A stretch of 64,000 nt of DNA from Phyllobates terribilis (lineage: Eukaryota), in assembly GCF_046119375.1 (NCBI RefSeq), contig NW_027362761.1, positions 890,382,001 through 890,446,000 on the forward strand, read 5' to 3'. Position 1 is the stretch's first letter, and each line of letters starts with the position of its first letter. Positions 50,737 to 64,000 of the stretch are shown piece after piece. The notes beneath the pieces were generated by a model. The model was not told the origin of the DNA. It worked only from the letters and a program-made list of their open reading frames with translations, and did no database searches. The translations under genes were made by a program, and so were the position numbers.

Positions 50737-52969
50737 ATATTTCCTCCAAAACCCTAAGCATTGCCCAACTGTCTGTATTGCAAAAAGGTCTCTCCTTCTG
50801 TCCAGTCAGTCGATTTAACACCTTTAATCTCGACATGGAACTTCAGCGGTTCTATCGCTCTTTAAGACTTAAGACACGCTTTGCCAAACCTGAGCTTACA
50901 GGCATTAGCAATTCCACCACTACTTCTAACCAAGATGCAGCTATTACATCCAACAGTCTAGGTCTTTATACCAAAAGCTCTTACAGGCCTCCCCTGGGCT
51001 CTCATGCCCTAGAAACCTTTATTGGTTTTGTAGACACGGCCTTTAAGGAATTATGGTCCAAGATTGATAGAGGTAAACTGCACTTTGAACCCAATCTTTC
51101 TCCCCTCGACCAACAAGGGCTCAATAGCCTGAAGGAGGATAAGAGTAATATTATAAAACCAGCAGACAGAGGGGGCGCAATTGTTATCATGGACAAAAGT
51201 CAATACATCAAAGAGGTGGAAAGTCAACTCAATGACACTACCACTTATCATCAGTTACCCCAGGACCCTACCTCCCAAATCAGTAGCTCGATATCTTCGG
51301 TCATCAACCGATTTGTTACAGCAGGCACTATTGACATTAAAACCGGCGAGTTTCTCACCAAGAAACACCCCATAACACCTGTCATTTACGTTTTGCCCAA
51401 AATCCACAAGAGCTTGATTGAACCTCCAGGACGACCAATAGTGGCCTCCACCGAGTCACTACTTTCCCCTCTATCTATTTTCTTGGAGAAAATACTTACA
51501 CCCCTAGTACAAAAAAGCCCATCCTTCCTACTAGACACAGGATCCTTTCTCACAACATTGACCAATCTAAAACAGGTCCCTCCAGGAGCCATTTTGGTCT
51601 CCTTCGATGTTAAGAATCTCTATACATCCATATCCCACGATCACGGCATTAACACAGCACATGCCCTTCTAACAGAATCACTCATTGACCCGCAAATTGT
51701 TGATCTTTCCATCGAATTAATTACCTTGGTACTCACCAAGAACTACTTCTTATTCCAGGACACTTATTATCTACAAGTTAAAGGCACTGCCATGGGCTCC
51801 AACGTGGCTCCCCCGTATGTAAATTGCTATATGGCCACATTTGAAAGCCAGGTAGTCTATTCCAAATCCTTGTTCCAAGAACATTCCATCGTTTGGAAAG
51901 GGTACATTGACGATATCTTTTGCATATGGGGAAGCCCGTTGGAGACTTTTGAAGCCTTCCATGTTTTCCTGAATTCCGCTTGGCCCGACCTGGGCTTCAC
52001 AATGACTCATGACTATCAGAAAGTGAGCTTTCTTGACACAATGGTGATGAAAGACGAGTATGGGTGTCTTACAACAGACCTCTATACTTACCCTACGGAC
52101 CGGAATGGTCTATTACACTTTACCAGCAATCACCCAAGGTCCATTAAGAAATCCATACCCAAATCCCAATTACAAACAGTTGAACGGATCGTGACCAACG
52201 AATCCATTCATAACCAGAGACTACAAGAAATGGGCTCTAAATTTAGCGAACGGGGATACTCGTCCTCTATATTACAACCACAGACAACGACAAACAAAAT
52301 CGCATTCCCTTTGTCCACACATTCCACCCCTACGCTTATATCCTACACAAAACCATTCGGAAACACTGGAACATATTACGGACAGGGTATCCAAATATTA
52401 CTTCCTTTCAACGGCCGTTCATGCCTTGCTTCAAGAGAGCCCCCAATCTTAGGGATTCTCTGGTATGTGCAGACATTGGCAAAACAAACCAGGGACCGAA
52501 ACAACGATTCCTTCAGAATCCTAAATTGGGAACTTTCCCTTGCCTGCAATGCCAGCAAAATAACAACGTTTTAAAGGGCAATATTGTTTATCATCCCCAC
52601 ACAGGCAAGAAATACAATATTAAAAACTACTTTACCTGCAGCAGTGCATTTGTCATATACCTCATTAAATGTTCATGTGGTCTAATCTACATAGGCAAAA
52701 CTACTCAGCCTGTCAATGATAGAATCTCCAAACACAAATCTACGATTCGGTGTAAGAATCTGCTACTACCTATTCCCCATCACTTCATTTCAGCAGGTCA
52801 TAACATATCCCAACTAAAATACCAGGTTTTGGAACTGGTACTGCCACCACGCCGGGGGGGCGACCGGGTCCGCCTCCTGAAACAGAGGGAGGCCTATTGG
52901 ATACATGAAATGGAATCCCTATCACCTAAGGGATGGAATAGGGAATATGATTTGCTTTCCTTTCTGTAG
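50499..52969 (+). pseudogene. PLE RT plus GIY-YIG endonuclease ORF with a frameshift near 52270
   Basis: LNISSK...QKGLSFCP, KPADRGG, YVLPKIHK, FDVKNLYTSI, GTAMGS, YIDD, FLD, RGY; then PCLQCQ linker and VIYLIKCSCGLIYIGKT. Confidence 0.92.
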
Positions 52970-53084
52970 GGCTTTATTTTTGTTCTGTAATGCCTTAGTC
53001 CCTATTACTCTATGTTGCAAATTATGTGAATTATGTAGCAGTTTTATACACTATTATCAATGCCACTGTTGACAGAACTTTGTC

Positions 53085-53118
<34 letters not shown>

Positions 53119-54063
53119 GCATGTCTAATCTATTTATTCTCAGCGGGTGTCTTACCGTACTGTTGTTAATACTGATGAGAAATTTTGTATACCATAGAAA
53201 TTTTGTATACCATAATAATTTCTTCTTTCCCCTTCTCTCCCCCCTTTTTTCCCCCTCCTCCTCCTGTTTTACAGATGTACCATCCTCTGGTCCCTCCCTC
53301 TGGGATTCGCCCATCTCTAGCTATGCCCCGACATATACATTCCTCCAGCCTGTGGATTCACCTATCTCTAACCATGCCCCGACATATACATGCTTCCAGC
53401 CTGTGGAACGCATGTCTCCAGGGTCAGGCACGCTCACTTTCGGCCCTGTGGAACGCAATCTCTGAGCGCTTGGAACTCATACACCTCACTAGCGATACGT
53501 CACTTCCCGTGACGTCACGCGGGTATTTCTGGCCAAGCGCGGCTAGCATATTGCCGCTTTGCGGTGATTGGCCGGACTTCACCAGCTGTCGCACTACTCT
53601 CCTTTAACTAGGGACCCTCCCGCTATCACTCACACAGCACCAGGAACTAGCGGTGGATACCGCATTTCCCTGCCAGCTCCAGATACGTACTCTTATCCAA
53701 GGTATGCCATTCCTACACTACTGTTTGGACATGTAGCCACATTACATGTAAACTAAGCCTCACATTTCTGCTTCCCATATAGATTTACGCTATTTGAGAC
53801 ACTGAGTCCTCATCCTCTGCATCTATACTTTAGCTCCCATAATCAGTCTGGTAGGTGATACCTAATTGATATTTTTGATCCATTGCATTTATTCATGCCA
53901 TTAGGAGGATGCTACATTATCTCTCACAGGTTTGACACCAGAACTTGTGTATGTCAAATAGTCATGTTCTGCCCTGTGGCCTCATTTGTGTCCATGTTCT
54001 GTTTAATTTAATTTATATTTTATGTTTTCTTTTGGTTCCTTACGTTATTTTCTTTTATTTATG

Positions 54064-54110
54064 TCTAACAGTGTACTGATGAAGGTCTGTTTGACCAAAA
54101 CGTTTTGTTA
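54064..54110 (+). ncRNA. Hammerhead core in the 3' pLTR, probably inactive (GAAA changed to AAAA)
   Basis: CTGATGA 54076-54082; AGGTC-TGTTT-GACC; AAAA 54097-54100. Confidence 0.5.
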
Positions 54111-54240
54111 ATTTATGGACTGCATTAAAATTGTTACTTTAATGAACTCTTGAGTGCTGAGGTTACTCTATAGCATAGTATGGGTTCGGCCCCTACTCAA
54201 GCACCAGTGTCCAGCAATGCAGCAATTTTCTCTATGATCC

Positions 54241-54686
54241 CAAGAAAGATTGACAGTCATCTTGTGTTTCTTCCATTTTCTAATAATTGTGCCAACAGTT
54301 GTTGCCATCTCACCAAGCTGCTTGCCTATTGTCCTGTAGCCCATCCCAGCCTTGTGCAGGTCTACAATTTTTTCCCTGGTGTCCTTAGGCAGCGCTTTGA
54401 TCTTGGTCATGGTGGAGAGGTTGGAATGTGATAGACTGAGCTCTGTGAGAGGCAGAATTCTTGCTGGTTGGTAGGTGATCTAATAATTATTTCATGCAAT
54501 AAAATGCAATTTAATTATTTAAAAATCATACAATATAATTTTCAATATGATTTTCTGTTTTTTATTTTTAGATTTTGTTCCTCACAGTTGAAGTGTACCT
54601 ACGATAAAAATTACAGCCTCTCCAGTCTTTGCAAGTGGGAAAACTTGCAAAATCGGCAGTGTATTAAATACTTGTTTTCCCCACTG
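54241..54686 (-). mobile_element. Tc1 transposon, right part (5' of transposase); partner of 44649-45705
   Basis: TSD copy 54241-54255; minus strand [24 protein letters not shown]; TIR ...TTTTCCCCACTG|TA. Confidence 0.88.
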
Positions 54687-54989
54687 TACATTCGTCTAAA
54701 TTTTATTTAGGAGGCACAGTGGTGATTTGTATTTTTAGAAGCACAGTGGCTATTCAAATTTTCAGGGAGCATAGCGACTATTCATATTTTTCAGGTGCAT
54801 AATGGCTATTCATATTTTCAGGGAGTACAGTGGATGTACAGTCCTGCTCTTAGTTATTGTAACCCATGAAGTTTAAGTATATAATTTGGAACATCTGAAT
54901 AAAATGAAACAAGTGAAACGTTTTTTTTGCATAGAACACATTTAGGCTCGCCTGTGGTAAATCACAAAAGAGATTCACCTGTGATTAAT

Positions 54990-56110
<1,121 letters not shown>

Positions 56111-56661
56111 GCACATGCTGTTTATTATGTTTTTTTTTTTGTAAATTGCAACATGGAAGTTGAAAAACAATGTTTTATCGTTGTATCACTTTGGACCACT
56201 AATTAAAAAATCAATCCTGAGGATATAACTTTTGGTACATTTCCATTTATTTTTAAAGATATTGTACAGTCTATGAAAAAAATGAAGTGGTGCCATTGAT
56301 GGTGAGCAGCACTGTATTTAGTTGCACATTGAGGGATATTCAGGGGCATTATGTGGGGCATTTTTGTATTTTGATGCACAGCATGCAATTTTTTTTTTTT
56401 TTCAGGAATATCAAACTCTGCAAAGACGAGTCGTGGCCAGGAGACGTCATCATAAATGCTTGGAGCAGGTGGAAAAAAAACAGAAAGTGAACAATTTAAA
56501 TCACAGGAGATATCACCTATAAGCTATTGGATGTAAAAGTTTATGTTGCATCTCCAATCACTTATTGTTATTCAGAGTGATCAAGGGTGATAACATCCTT
56601 TTTTTGTGGAACAACAACTCCCAGCATACTCTATCATTTATGGGTTTTACTGGGACATGTA

Positions 56662-58243
56662 CACTGCTCAAACAAATAAAGGGAACACTCAAATAACACA
56701 TCCTAGATCTGAATGAATGAAATATTCTCATTAAATACTTGGTTCTGTACAAAGTTGAATGTGCTGACAACAAAATCACACAAAAATCATCCATGGAAAT
56801 CAAATTTATTAACCAATGGAGGCCTGGATTTGGAGTCACCCCCAAAATTAAAGTGGAAAAACACACTACAGGCTGATCCAACTTTGATGTAATGTCCTTA
56901 AAACAAGTCAAAATGAGGCTCAGTATTGTGTGTTGCCTCCACGTGCCTGGATGACCTCCCAACAACGCCTGAGCATGCTCCTGATGAGGTTGCGGATTGT
57001 CTCCTGTGAGATCTCCTCCCAGACCTGGACTAAAGCATCCGCCAAGTCCTGGACAGTCTGTGCTGCAACGTGACGTTGGTGGATGGAGCGAGACATGATG
57101 TCCCAGATGTGCTCAATCAGATTCAAGTCTGGGGAACGGGCGGGCCAGTCCATAGCTTCAATGCCTTCATCTTGCAGGAACTGCTGACACACTTCAGCCA
57201 CATGAGGTCTGGCATTGTCCTGCATTAGGAGGAACCCAGTGCCAACCGCACCAGCATATGGTCTCACAAGAGGTCTGAGGATTTCATCTCGGTACCTAAT
57301 GGCAGTCAGGCTACCTCTGGCGAGCACATGGAGGGCTGTGCGGCCCTCCAAAGAAATGCCACCCCACACCATTACTGACCCACTGAAAAAAACGATCATG
57401 CTGAAGGATGTTGCAGGCAACAGATCGCTCTCCATGGCGTCTCCAGACTCTGTCACATCTGTCACATGTGCTCAGTGTGAACCTGCTTTCATCTGTGAAG
57501 AGCACATGGCGCCAGTGGCGACTTTGCCAATCCTGGTGTTCTGTGGCAAATGCCAAGTGTCCTGCATGGTTTTGAGCTGTGAGCACAACCCCCATCTGTG
57601 GACGTCGGGCCCTCATACCACCCTCATGGAGTCAGTTTCTAACCGTTTGTGCAGACACATGCACATTTGTGGCCTGCTGGAGGTCATTTTGCAGGGCTCT
57701 GGCAGTGTTCCTCCTGTTCCTCCTTGCACAGAGGCGGAGGTAGCGGTCCTGCTGCTGCATTGTTGCCCTCCTACAGCCCCCTCCACGTCTCCTGGTGTAC
57801 TGGCCTGTCTCCTGGTAGCGCCTCCAGCCTCTGGACACTACGCTGACAGACACATCAAACTTTCTTGCCACAGCTCGCATTGATGTACCATCCTGCATGA
57901 GCTGCACTACCTGAGCAACTTCTGTGGGTTGTAGAGTCCGTCTCATGCTACCACGAGTGTGAAAGCACAACCAATATTCAAAATTTACCAAAACATCAGT
58001 CAGAAAGCATTGGTACTGAGATGTGGTCTGTGGTCCCCACCTGCAGAACCACTCCTTTATTGAGGGTGTCTTGATAGTTGCCAATAATTTCCATCTATTG
58101 TCTATTCCATTTGCACAACAGCATGTGAAATTGATTGTCAATCAGTGTTGCTTCCTAAGTGAATAGTTTGATTTCACAGAAGTTTGATTTACTTGGAGTT
58201 ATATTCTGTTGTTTAAGTGTTCCCTTTATTTTTTTGAGCAGTG
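56662..58243 (-). mobile_element. Complete Tc1 (DD34E) transposon with frameshifted transposase
   Basis: TA flanks; TIR CACTGCTCAAA(C/A)AAATAAAGGGAACACT; LFTDESRF, MQDNARPH and SPDLNLIE. Confidence 0.92.
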
Positions 58244-58354
58244 TAGTTTCACACAGTACTGTACAATCTTATATTACAGGTGTGTACAGGTCTGTGTAAA
58301 ACTAGATCTGTTCGGATGTGTCCCGCCACTGCTGACGTACTAGCTGTACATAAA

Positions 58355-58693
58355 GGCCCCAATTCATCAAAGTGTTTACACCAGCAAGCTAAAACACTTT
58401 GGAAAGTCAGAGTTTTGGCCAGCTCCACCAAAATGGGTGGAGCTGGAACGGGAAGGGGCTTAATGATGCCCCCTCATCTACTTCATAACAAGCTGTGGCG
58501 TACCTTGCATCACAAATCTTACTGCAGTCTTTAAGTAAGATTTGTAGCAAGGCGCATGGAGTCAAATGCAAATTTTGAGACGCACCTGATTCATAAAGGG
58601 GCATGAGCTTTTTAAGGAATCAGGCAGGTCTGACTCCAACACACTCCCTCATCAAGACTTGCATGAACAATGCCAATTTGATGAAGAGGGGCC
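58355..58693. mobile_element. MITE, Harbinger-like
   Basis: TIR GGCCCC(AA/TC)TTCATCAAA; 3-bp AAA flanks. Confidence 0.65.
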
Positions 58694-58735
58694 AAAGTGT
58701 TCTCCATTGTTATATAAAGCGTTATTCCTCATTAT

Positions 58736-59940
58736 TAGTGTTGAGCGATACCTTCCGATATCGGGAAATATCGGATCGGATTGGATCGGACCGATACCGA
58801 AAAAGTATCGGATATCGCCGATTCCGATACCGGAAACCAATGCAAGTCAATGGGACAGAAATATCGGAATGAAAATAAACCCTTTCTTTCCTTGTAGGTT
58901 AATTCTACATGAAGGAAAACAACTAAGAATAATGTAGAATGTATTGGGGGAGGTGGGAGAGACAATAAAGGCATAGAGGTTTAGCCCAATCAAATGGAAT
59001 AGCAGGAATTAATATTTTTTTTAAGACGTTCTGAGTTACAGAAATATTGACTATGTTAAGTATTTTTATATTTTGTCAGATATTTATGTTTCACTACTTC
59101 CACGCTCTTCACCTTCTTTTTTACTTCTCCCACACTTTCTCCTTCATCATCCTCAGCATCTTTTTCATCCTCTTCTTCTTCACCTTCTTCATCTTCTTCT
59201 TCTTCACCTTCTTCGTATTATTCTTTTTTTTTACATTCTTCATATTCTACTTCTTCATCTTCTTCATATTCTTTTTCTTCATCATATTCTTATTTGTGAC
59301 AGGCATTCCTGTAGTTGTTATTTATAAAAGGTTGGACATTACACCTTTCGTTCTGCCCGTCACAAAAGATTTACAACAGGATTTGTCCGCGTTCAGTTTG
59401 GCCTGCAGCAGCAGGTCTTTTCCAGGGGCACCACGAGGAGGAATGGACTCACCCCCATACACTGCTTAGTTATCTTCTGCTTATAATTTAGATATTATCT
59501 TTTGCTCTGATTTTTAGTCTTATGCTTAATGTTCTTCCGCTTTTTGTTCTGCAGCTTCTTGTATTTCTGCTTCTTGGTTTTCTGTCTCTTGTTCTTCTGT
59601 ATCTTGGTGCTTGTCTTCTCTTCTTTGTCCTCTTGGTCAACTTCTTCAGGGTCATCTTCTTGGTCTTCTTCGGGGTGGTCTTCAGGGTCGTCTTCTTCGG
59701 GGGTCCTCGTCTTCGGGGTCCTCGTCTTCTTCGGGTTGGTCTTCTGGGTCCTCGTCTTCGGGGTCCTCGTCTTCTTCGGGATGGTCTTCAGGGTCCTCGT
59801 CTTCTTCGGGGTGGTCTTCAGGGTCCTCGTCTTCTTCGGGGTGGTCTTCAGGGTCCTCGTCTTCAGGGTCGTTGTCTTCGGGGTCCTCGTCTTCTTAGGG
59901 TTGGTCTTCAGGGTCCTCGTCTTCAGGGTCTTCGTCAGGG
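58736..59940. mobile_element. Left end of a probable hAT-like element (TAGTGTTGAGCG) with ATCGG/CCGAT subterminal repeats and CTT-rich low-complexity tracts
   Basis: Clustered ATCGG motifs at 58745-58830; pyrimidine-rich triplet tracts at 59090-59290 and 59520-59940. Right end not in the window, so no TSD test. Confidence 0.5.
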
Positions 59941-59984
59941 AGATCCAGAGTGATTACCAAGAACCATTTCAAAAAGCGTGAACT

Positions 59985-62900
59985 TGGAAATGTAGCAGAA
60001 GGTACAAGAAAGCTGAGGAACTACCGAGAACCAGCTGACAGTACTGGAACCCGGATGGGTAGCAGAAGGTACAAGAGCCAATGGAACTGCCGAAGACCAG
60101 CTGACGGTACTGGAACTCGGTTACTAAGCAGGAGGTACCTGTGCCAGAAAGCACTACCAAGGACCAGCAGACGTTGGTGGAACTTGGATACCGAGAAGGA
60201 GGCACCTAATCGAACAAATTATTAAACAACATGTATGTAAGTACCTGGATAAGAATGAAGTGATTAACCAGAGTCAGCATGGGTTTATAACTAACAAGTC
60301 ATGTCAGACTAACTTAATTTCCTTCTATGACAGAATCACTGACTGGGTGGATCAGGGAAATGCTGTAGATATAGTATATCTTGACTTCAGCAAAGCATTT
60401 GACAAAGTATCTCACACCATCCTTATTGAAAAAATGACCAAGTATGCAATGGACCAGGCAACTGTTAGGTGGATTCATAACTGGCTTAGTGATCGGACTC
60501 AAAGGGTGATTGTAAATGGCTTCACATCCAGCTGGATGAATGTCTCAAGTGGGGTACCACAGGGCTCCGTCCTGGGACCTGTATTGTTCAACATCTTTAT
60601 CAATGATTTAGATGAAGGAATTGAGGGTAAACTGATTAAATTTGCTGATGACACAAAGCTAGGAGGGATAGCTAATACTAGAGAAGAGAGAGAGAGGATT
60701 CAAAAAGACCTAAATAAACTGGAGCAGTGGGCAGCAACCAACAGAATGGTTTTTAACAGGGAAAAATGCAAAGTACTACATCTGGGCAATAAAAATGAAA
60801 AAAGCATATACAGAATGGGAGGAATAGAGCTAAGCAACAGTACATGTGAAAAAGACTTAGGTATACTAATAGATCATAGACTGAACATGAGTCAACAGTG
60901 TGATGCAGCAGCAAAAAAGGCAAATACAATTCTGGGATGTATTAACAGAAGCATACAGTCTAGATCACGTGAAGTCATTATTGGTCTTTACTCCTCTTTG
61001 GTCAGACCTCATCTGGAATACTGTGTACAGTTTTGGGCACCACATTTTAAAAAAGACATAGACAAACTGGAGCAAGTTCAGAGAAGAGCGACCAGAATGG
61101 TGACTGGTCTGCAAACCATGTCCTATGAGGAACGGTTGCAGGATTTGGGAATGTTTAGCTTGCAAAAAAGAAGACTGAGAGGAGACTTAATAGCTGTCTA
61201 CAAATATGTCAAGGGCTGTCACATTGTAGAAGGATCATCTTTATTCTCATTTGCACAAGGAAAGACTAGAAGCAATGGGATGAAACTAAATGGGAGGAGA
61301 CACAGATTAGATATTAGAAAAAACTTTTTGACAGTTAGGGTGATTAATGAGTGGAACAGGCTGCCACGAGAGGTGGTGAGTTCCCCTTCAATGGACGTCT
61401 TCAAACAGAGGCTGGACAGACATCTGTCTGAGATGATTTAGTGAATCCTGCTTTGAGCAGGGGGTTGGACCAGATGACCCAGGAGGTCCCTTCCAACTCT
61501 ACCATTCTATGATTCTATGATTCTAATCCAAAGGCACTGCCGAGAACCAGCTGACGGTACTGGAACCCGGATGGGTAGCAGAAGGTACCCATGTAAAAAA
61601 AAGTTCAAGGCCGCGAGCCGCCCACAGTTACCAAAACCCACAGTCCTACAGGGGGTGCTTGTCCTATTGGCACTATGGAACCAGCCTTCATTGCCTGATC
61701 CCGCAGCCCACATAGGAGTCACCTAAACTGCAGGCACCATAGAGTCGGCTAACCCGACCGCAACACGACAGGACAACGCATTGGAGGCAAAGTGACGTTG
61801 ACACTACCCGGAAACAGCTGGCGTGCTGGAACCAGACTGGGCAGGAGGGAGTACCCGTGCCAAAGTCAATGCCGAGAACCAGCTGACGGTACTGGAACCC
61901 GGATGGGTAGTAGAAGGTACAAGAGCAAATGGAACTACCGAGGACCAGCTGACGGTACTGGAACCCGGATGGGTAGCAGAAGGTACAAGAGCCAATGGAA
62001 CTGCCGAAGACCAGCTGACGGTACTGGAACTCGGTTACTAAGCAGGAGGTACCTGTGCCAGAAAGCACTACCAAGGACCAGCAGACGTTGGTGGAACTTG
62101 GATACCGAGAAGGAGGCACCTAATCCAAAGGCACTGCCGAGAACCAGCTGACGGTACTGGAACCCGGATGGGTAGCAGAAGGTACCCATGTAAAAAAAAG
62201 TTCAAGGCCGCGAGCCGCCCACAGTTACCAAAACCCACAGTCCTACAGGGGGTGCTTGTCCTATTGGCACTATGGAACCAGCCTTCATTGCCTGATCCCG
62301 CAGCCCACATAGGAGTCACCTAAACTGCAGGCACCATAGAGTCGGCTAACCCGACCGCAACACGACAGGACAACGCATTGGAGGCAAAGTGACGTTGACA
62401 CTACCCGGAAACAGCTGGCGTGCTGGAACCAGACTGGGCAGGAGGGAGTACCGGTGCCAAAGTCAATGCCGAGAACCAGCTGACGGTACTGGAACCCGGA
62501 TGGGTAGTAGAAGGTACAAGAGCAAATGGAACTACCGAGGACCAGCTGACGGTACTGGAACCCGGATGGGTAGCAGAAGGTACAAGAGCCAATGGAACTG
62601 CCGAAGACCAGCTGACGGTACTGGAACTCGGTTACTAAGCAGGAGGTACCTGCCAGAAAGCACTACCAAGGACCAGCAGACGTTGGTGGAACTTGGATAC
62701 CGAGAAGGAGGCACCTAATCCAAAGGCACTGCCGAGAACCAGCTGACGGTACTGGAACCCGGATGGGTAGCAGAAGGTACCCATGTAAAAAAAAGTTCAA
62801 GGCCGCGAGCCGGCCGCAGTTACCAAAACCCACAGTCCTACAGGGGGTGCTTGTCCTATTGGCACTATGGAACCAGCCTTCATTGCCAGATCCCGCAGCC

Positions 62901-63420
62901 CACATAGGAGTCACCTAAACTGCAGGCACCATAGAGTCGGCTAACCCGACCGCAACACGACAGGACAACGCATTGGAGGCAAAGTGACGTTGACACTACC
63001 CGGAAACAGCTGGCGTGCTGGAACCAGGCTGGGCAGGAGGGAGTACCCGTGCCAAAGTCAATGCCGAGAACCAGCTGACGGTACTGGAACCCGGATGGGT
63101 AGTAGAAGGTACAAGAGCAAATTGAACTACCGAGGACCAGCTGACGGTACTGGAACCCGGATGGGTAGCAGAAGGTACAAGAGCCAATGGAACTGCCGAA
63201 GACCAGCTGACGGTACTGGAACTCGGTTACTAAGCAGGAGGTACCTGTGCCAGAAAGCACTACCAAGAACCAGCAGACGTTGGTGGAACTTGGATACCGA
63301 GAAGGAGTCACCTAATCCAAAGGCACTGCCGAGAACTAGCTGACGGTACTGGAACCCGGATGGGTAGTAGAAGGTACAAGAGCAAATGGAACTACCGAGA
63401 ACCAGCTGGCGGTGCTGGAA
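59985..63420. repeat. Higher-order tandem array: ~597-bp units (starts 61529, 62126, 62721, 63318) built from 66-bp subunits, interrupted by a CR1
   Basis: Unit spacings 597, 595 and 597; CCAGCTGACGGT at 61879, 61945 and 62011. Confidence 0.92.
60212..61522 (+). mobile_element. 5'-truncated CR1 (RT fragment open 60260-61441), same young family as 7052-13656
   Basis: About ten differences from 12341-13656 over ~1.3 kb; identical tail; 6-bp TSD CTAATC (60206-60211, 61523-61528). Confidence 0.97.
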
Positions 63421-64000
63421 CCCAGGGTAAATACTAAAAACAGAGTGGAGCCAGAGGTGTAATTGGAGCAAGTTTTAAATCAGTAGTACAGTGGATGTGG
63501 ACAAAGCAGGAGAATTTGCCGGACACACAGCAGGGGAACAGCTGACGTTACTGAACCCCAATAACACTGGAGCAAGCGTTGACTGTGCAGACGGCACTTC
63601 TGAGCAGCAACTAGCGGTATTGGAGCCCAGGGTAAATACTAAAAACAGAGGAGCCAGAGGTGTATTTGGAGGAGGTTTGAAATCAGTAGCACAGTGGATG
63701 TGGACAAAGCAGGAGAAATTGCCGTCCGCATAGCAGGGGAACAGCTAACGTTACCGAGCCCCAATAACACGGCAGCAAGTGTTGACTGTGCAGACGGCAC
63801 TTCCGAGCGCCAACTGGCGGTGTTGGAGCTCAGGGATAATACTGAAAACAGAGGAGCCAGAGGTGTAATTGGAGCAACTTTAAAATCAGTAGTAGTGAGA
63901 ATGTGGACAGAGCAGGAGAAATTGCCGTCCGCACAGCAGGGGAACAGCTGACGTTACTGAACCCCAATGACACGGCAGCAAGTGTTGACTATGCAGACGG
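63410..64000. repeat. 203-bp diverged tandem repeat, about 3 units, running off the right edge
   Basis: ATGTGGAC at 63495, 63698 and 63901. Confidence 0.88.

Larger units (their letters stand above)
45706..54240 (+). mobile_element. Composite Penelope-like element 2 (Neptune-like): inverted pLTR, direct 5' pLTR, coding body, 3' pLTR
   Basis: 15-bp TSD; inverted pLTR 45706-46492; direct pLTRs 47079-49940 and 52943-54234; RT plus Cys linker plus GIY-YIG. Confidence 0.9.

Noticed and set aside
59522-59981. Hydrophobic membrane-protein-like plus-strand ORFs
   Set aside because: Produced by CTT/GTC triplet tracts; no support as transmembrane genes.

Overview
Vertebrate genomic DNA saturated with transposable elements. 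The repeat families suggest a frog (inference). No host gene can be named; two short candidate exons hint that the window is intronic. The stand-out structure is a near full-length CR1 LINE (7052-13656). Its 5' end is a head-to-tail array of 20 complete plus one partial, almost identical 127-bp monomers that stops 29 bp before the ORF1 ATG. Each monomer carries a GT-box, a GATA site, an octamer, a Staf/ZNF143-like motif and a splice donor, which recalls the monomer promoters of rodent L1 rather than anything I know for CR1. Removing this LINE rejoins the GIY-YIG reading frame of a Penelope-like element (PLE), so the array lies inside the insertion. A second PLE (45706-54240) sits in a Tc1 element with a 15-bp target duplication. 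It has direct and inverted pseudo-LTRs carrying hammerhead-ribozyme cores and contains an intact DD38E transposon. The window also holds several DD34E Tc1 families (one intact ORF), a Gmr1-type LTR remnant, a solo LTR, hAT, piggyBac, Kolobok, Harbinger and Tc2-type non-autonomous elements (several carrying minisatellites), a tRNA-derived SINE, a 5'-truncated CR1 and a hierarchical 66/597/203-bp array at the right end. Coordinates were read by eye; fuzzy boundaries may be off by tens of bases.
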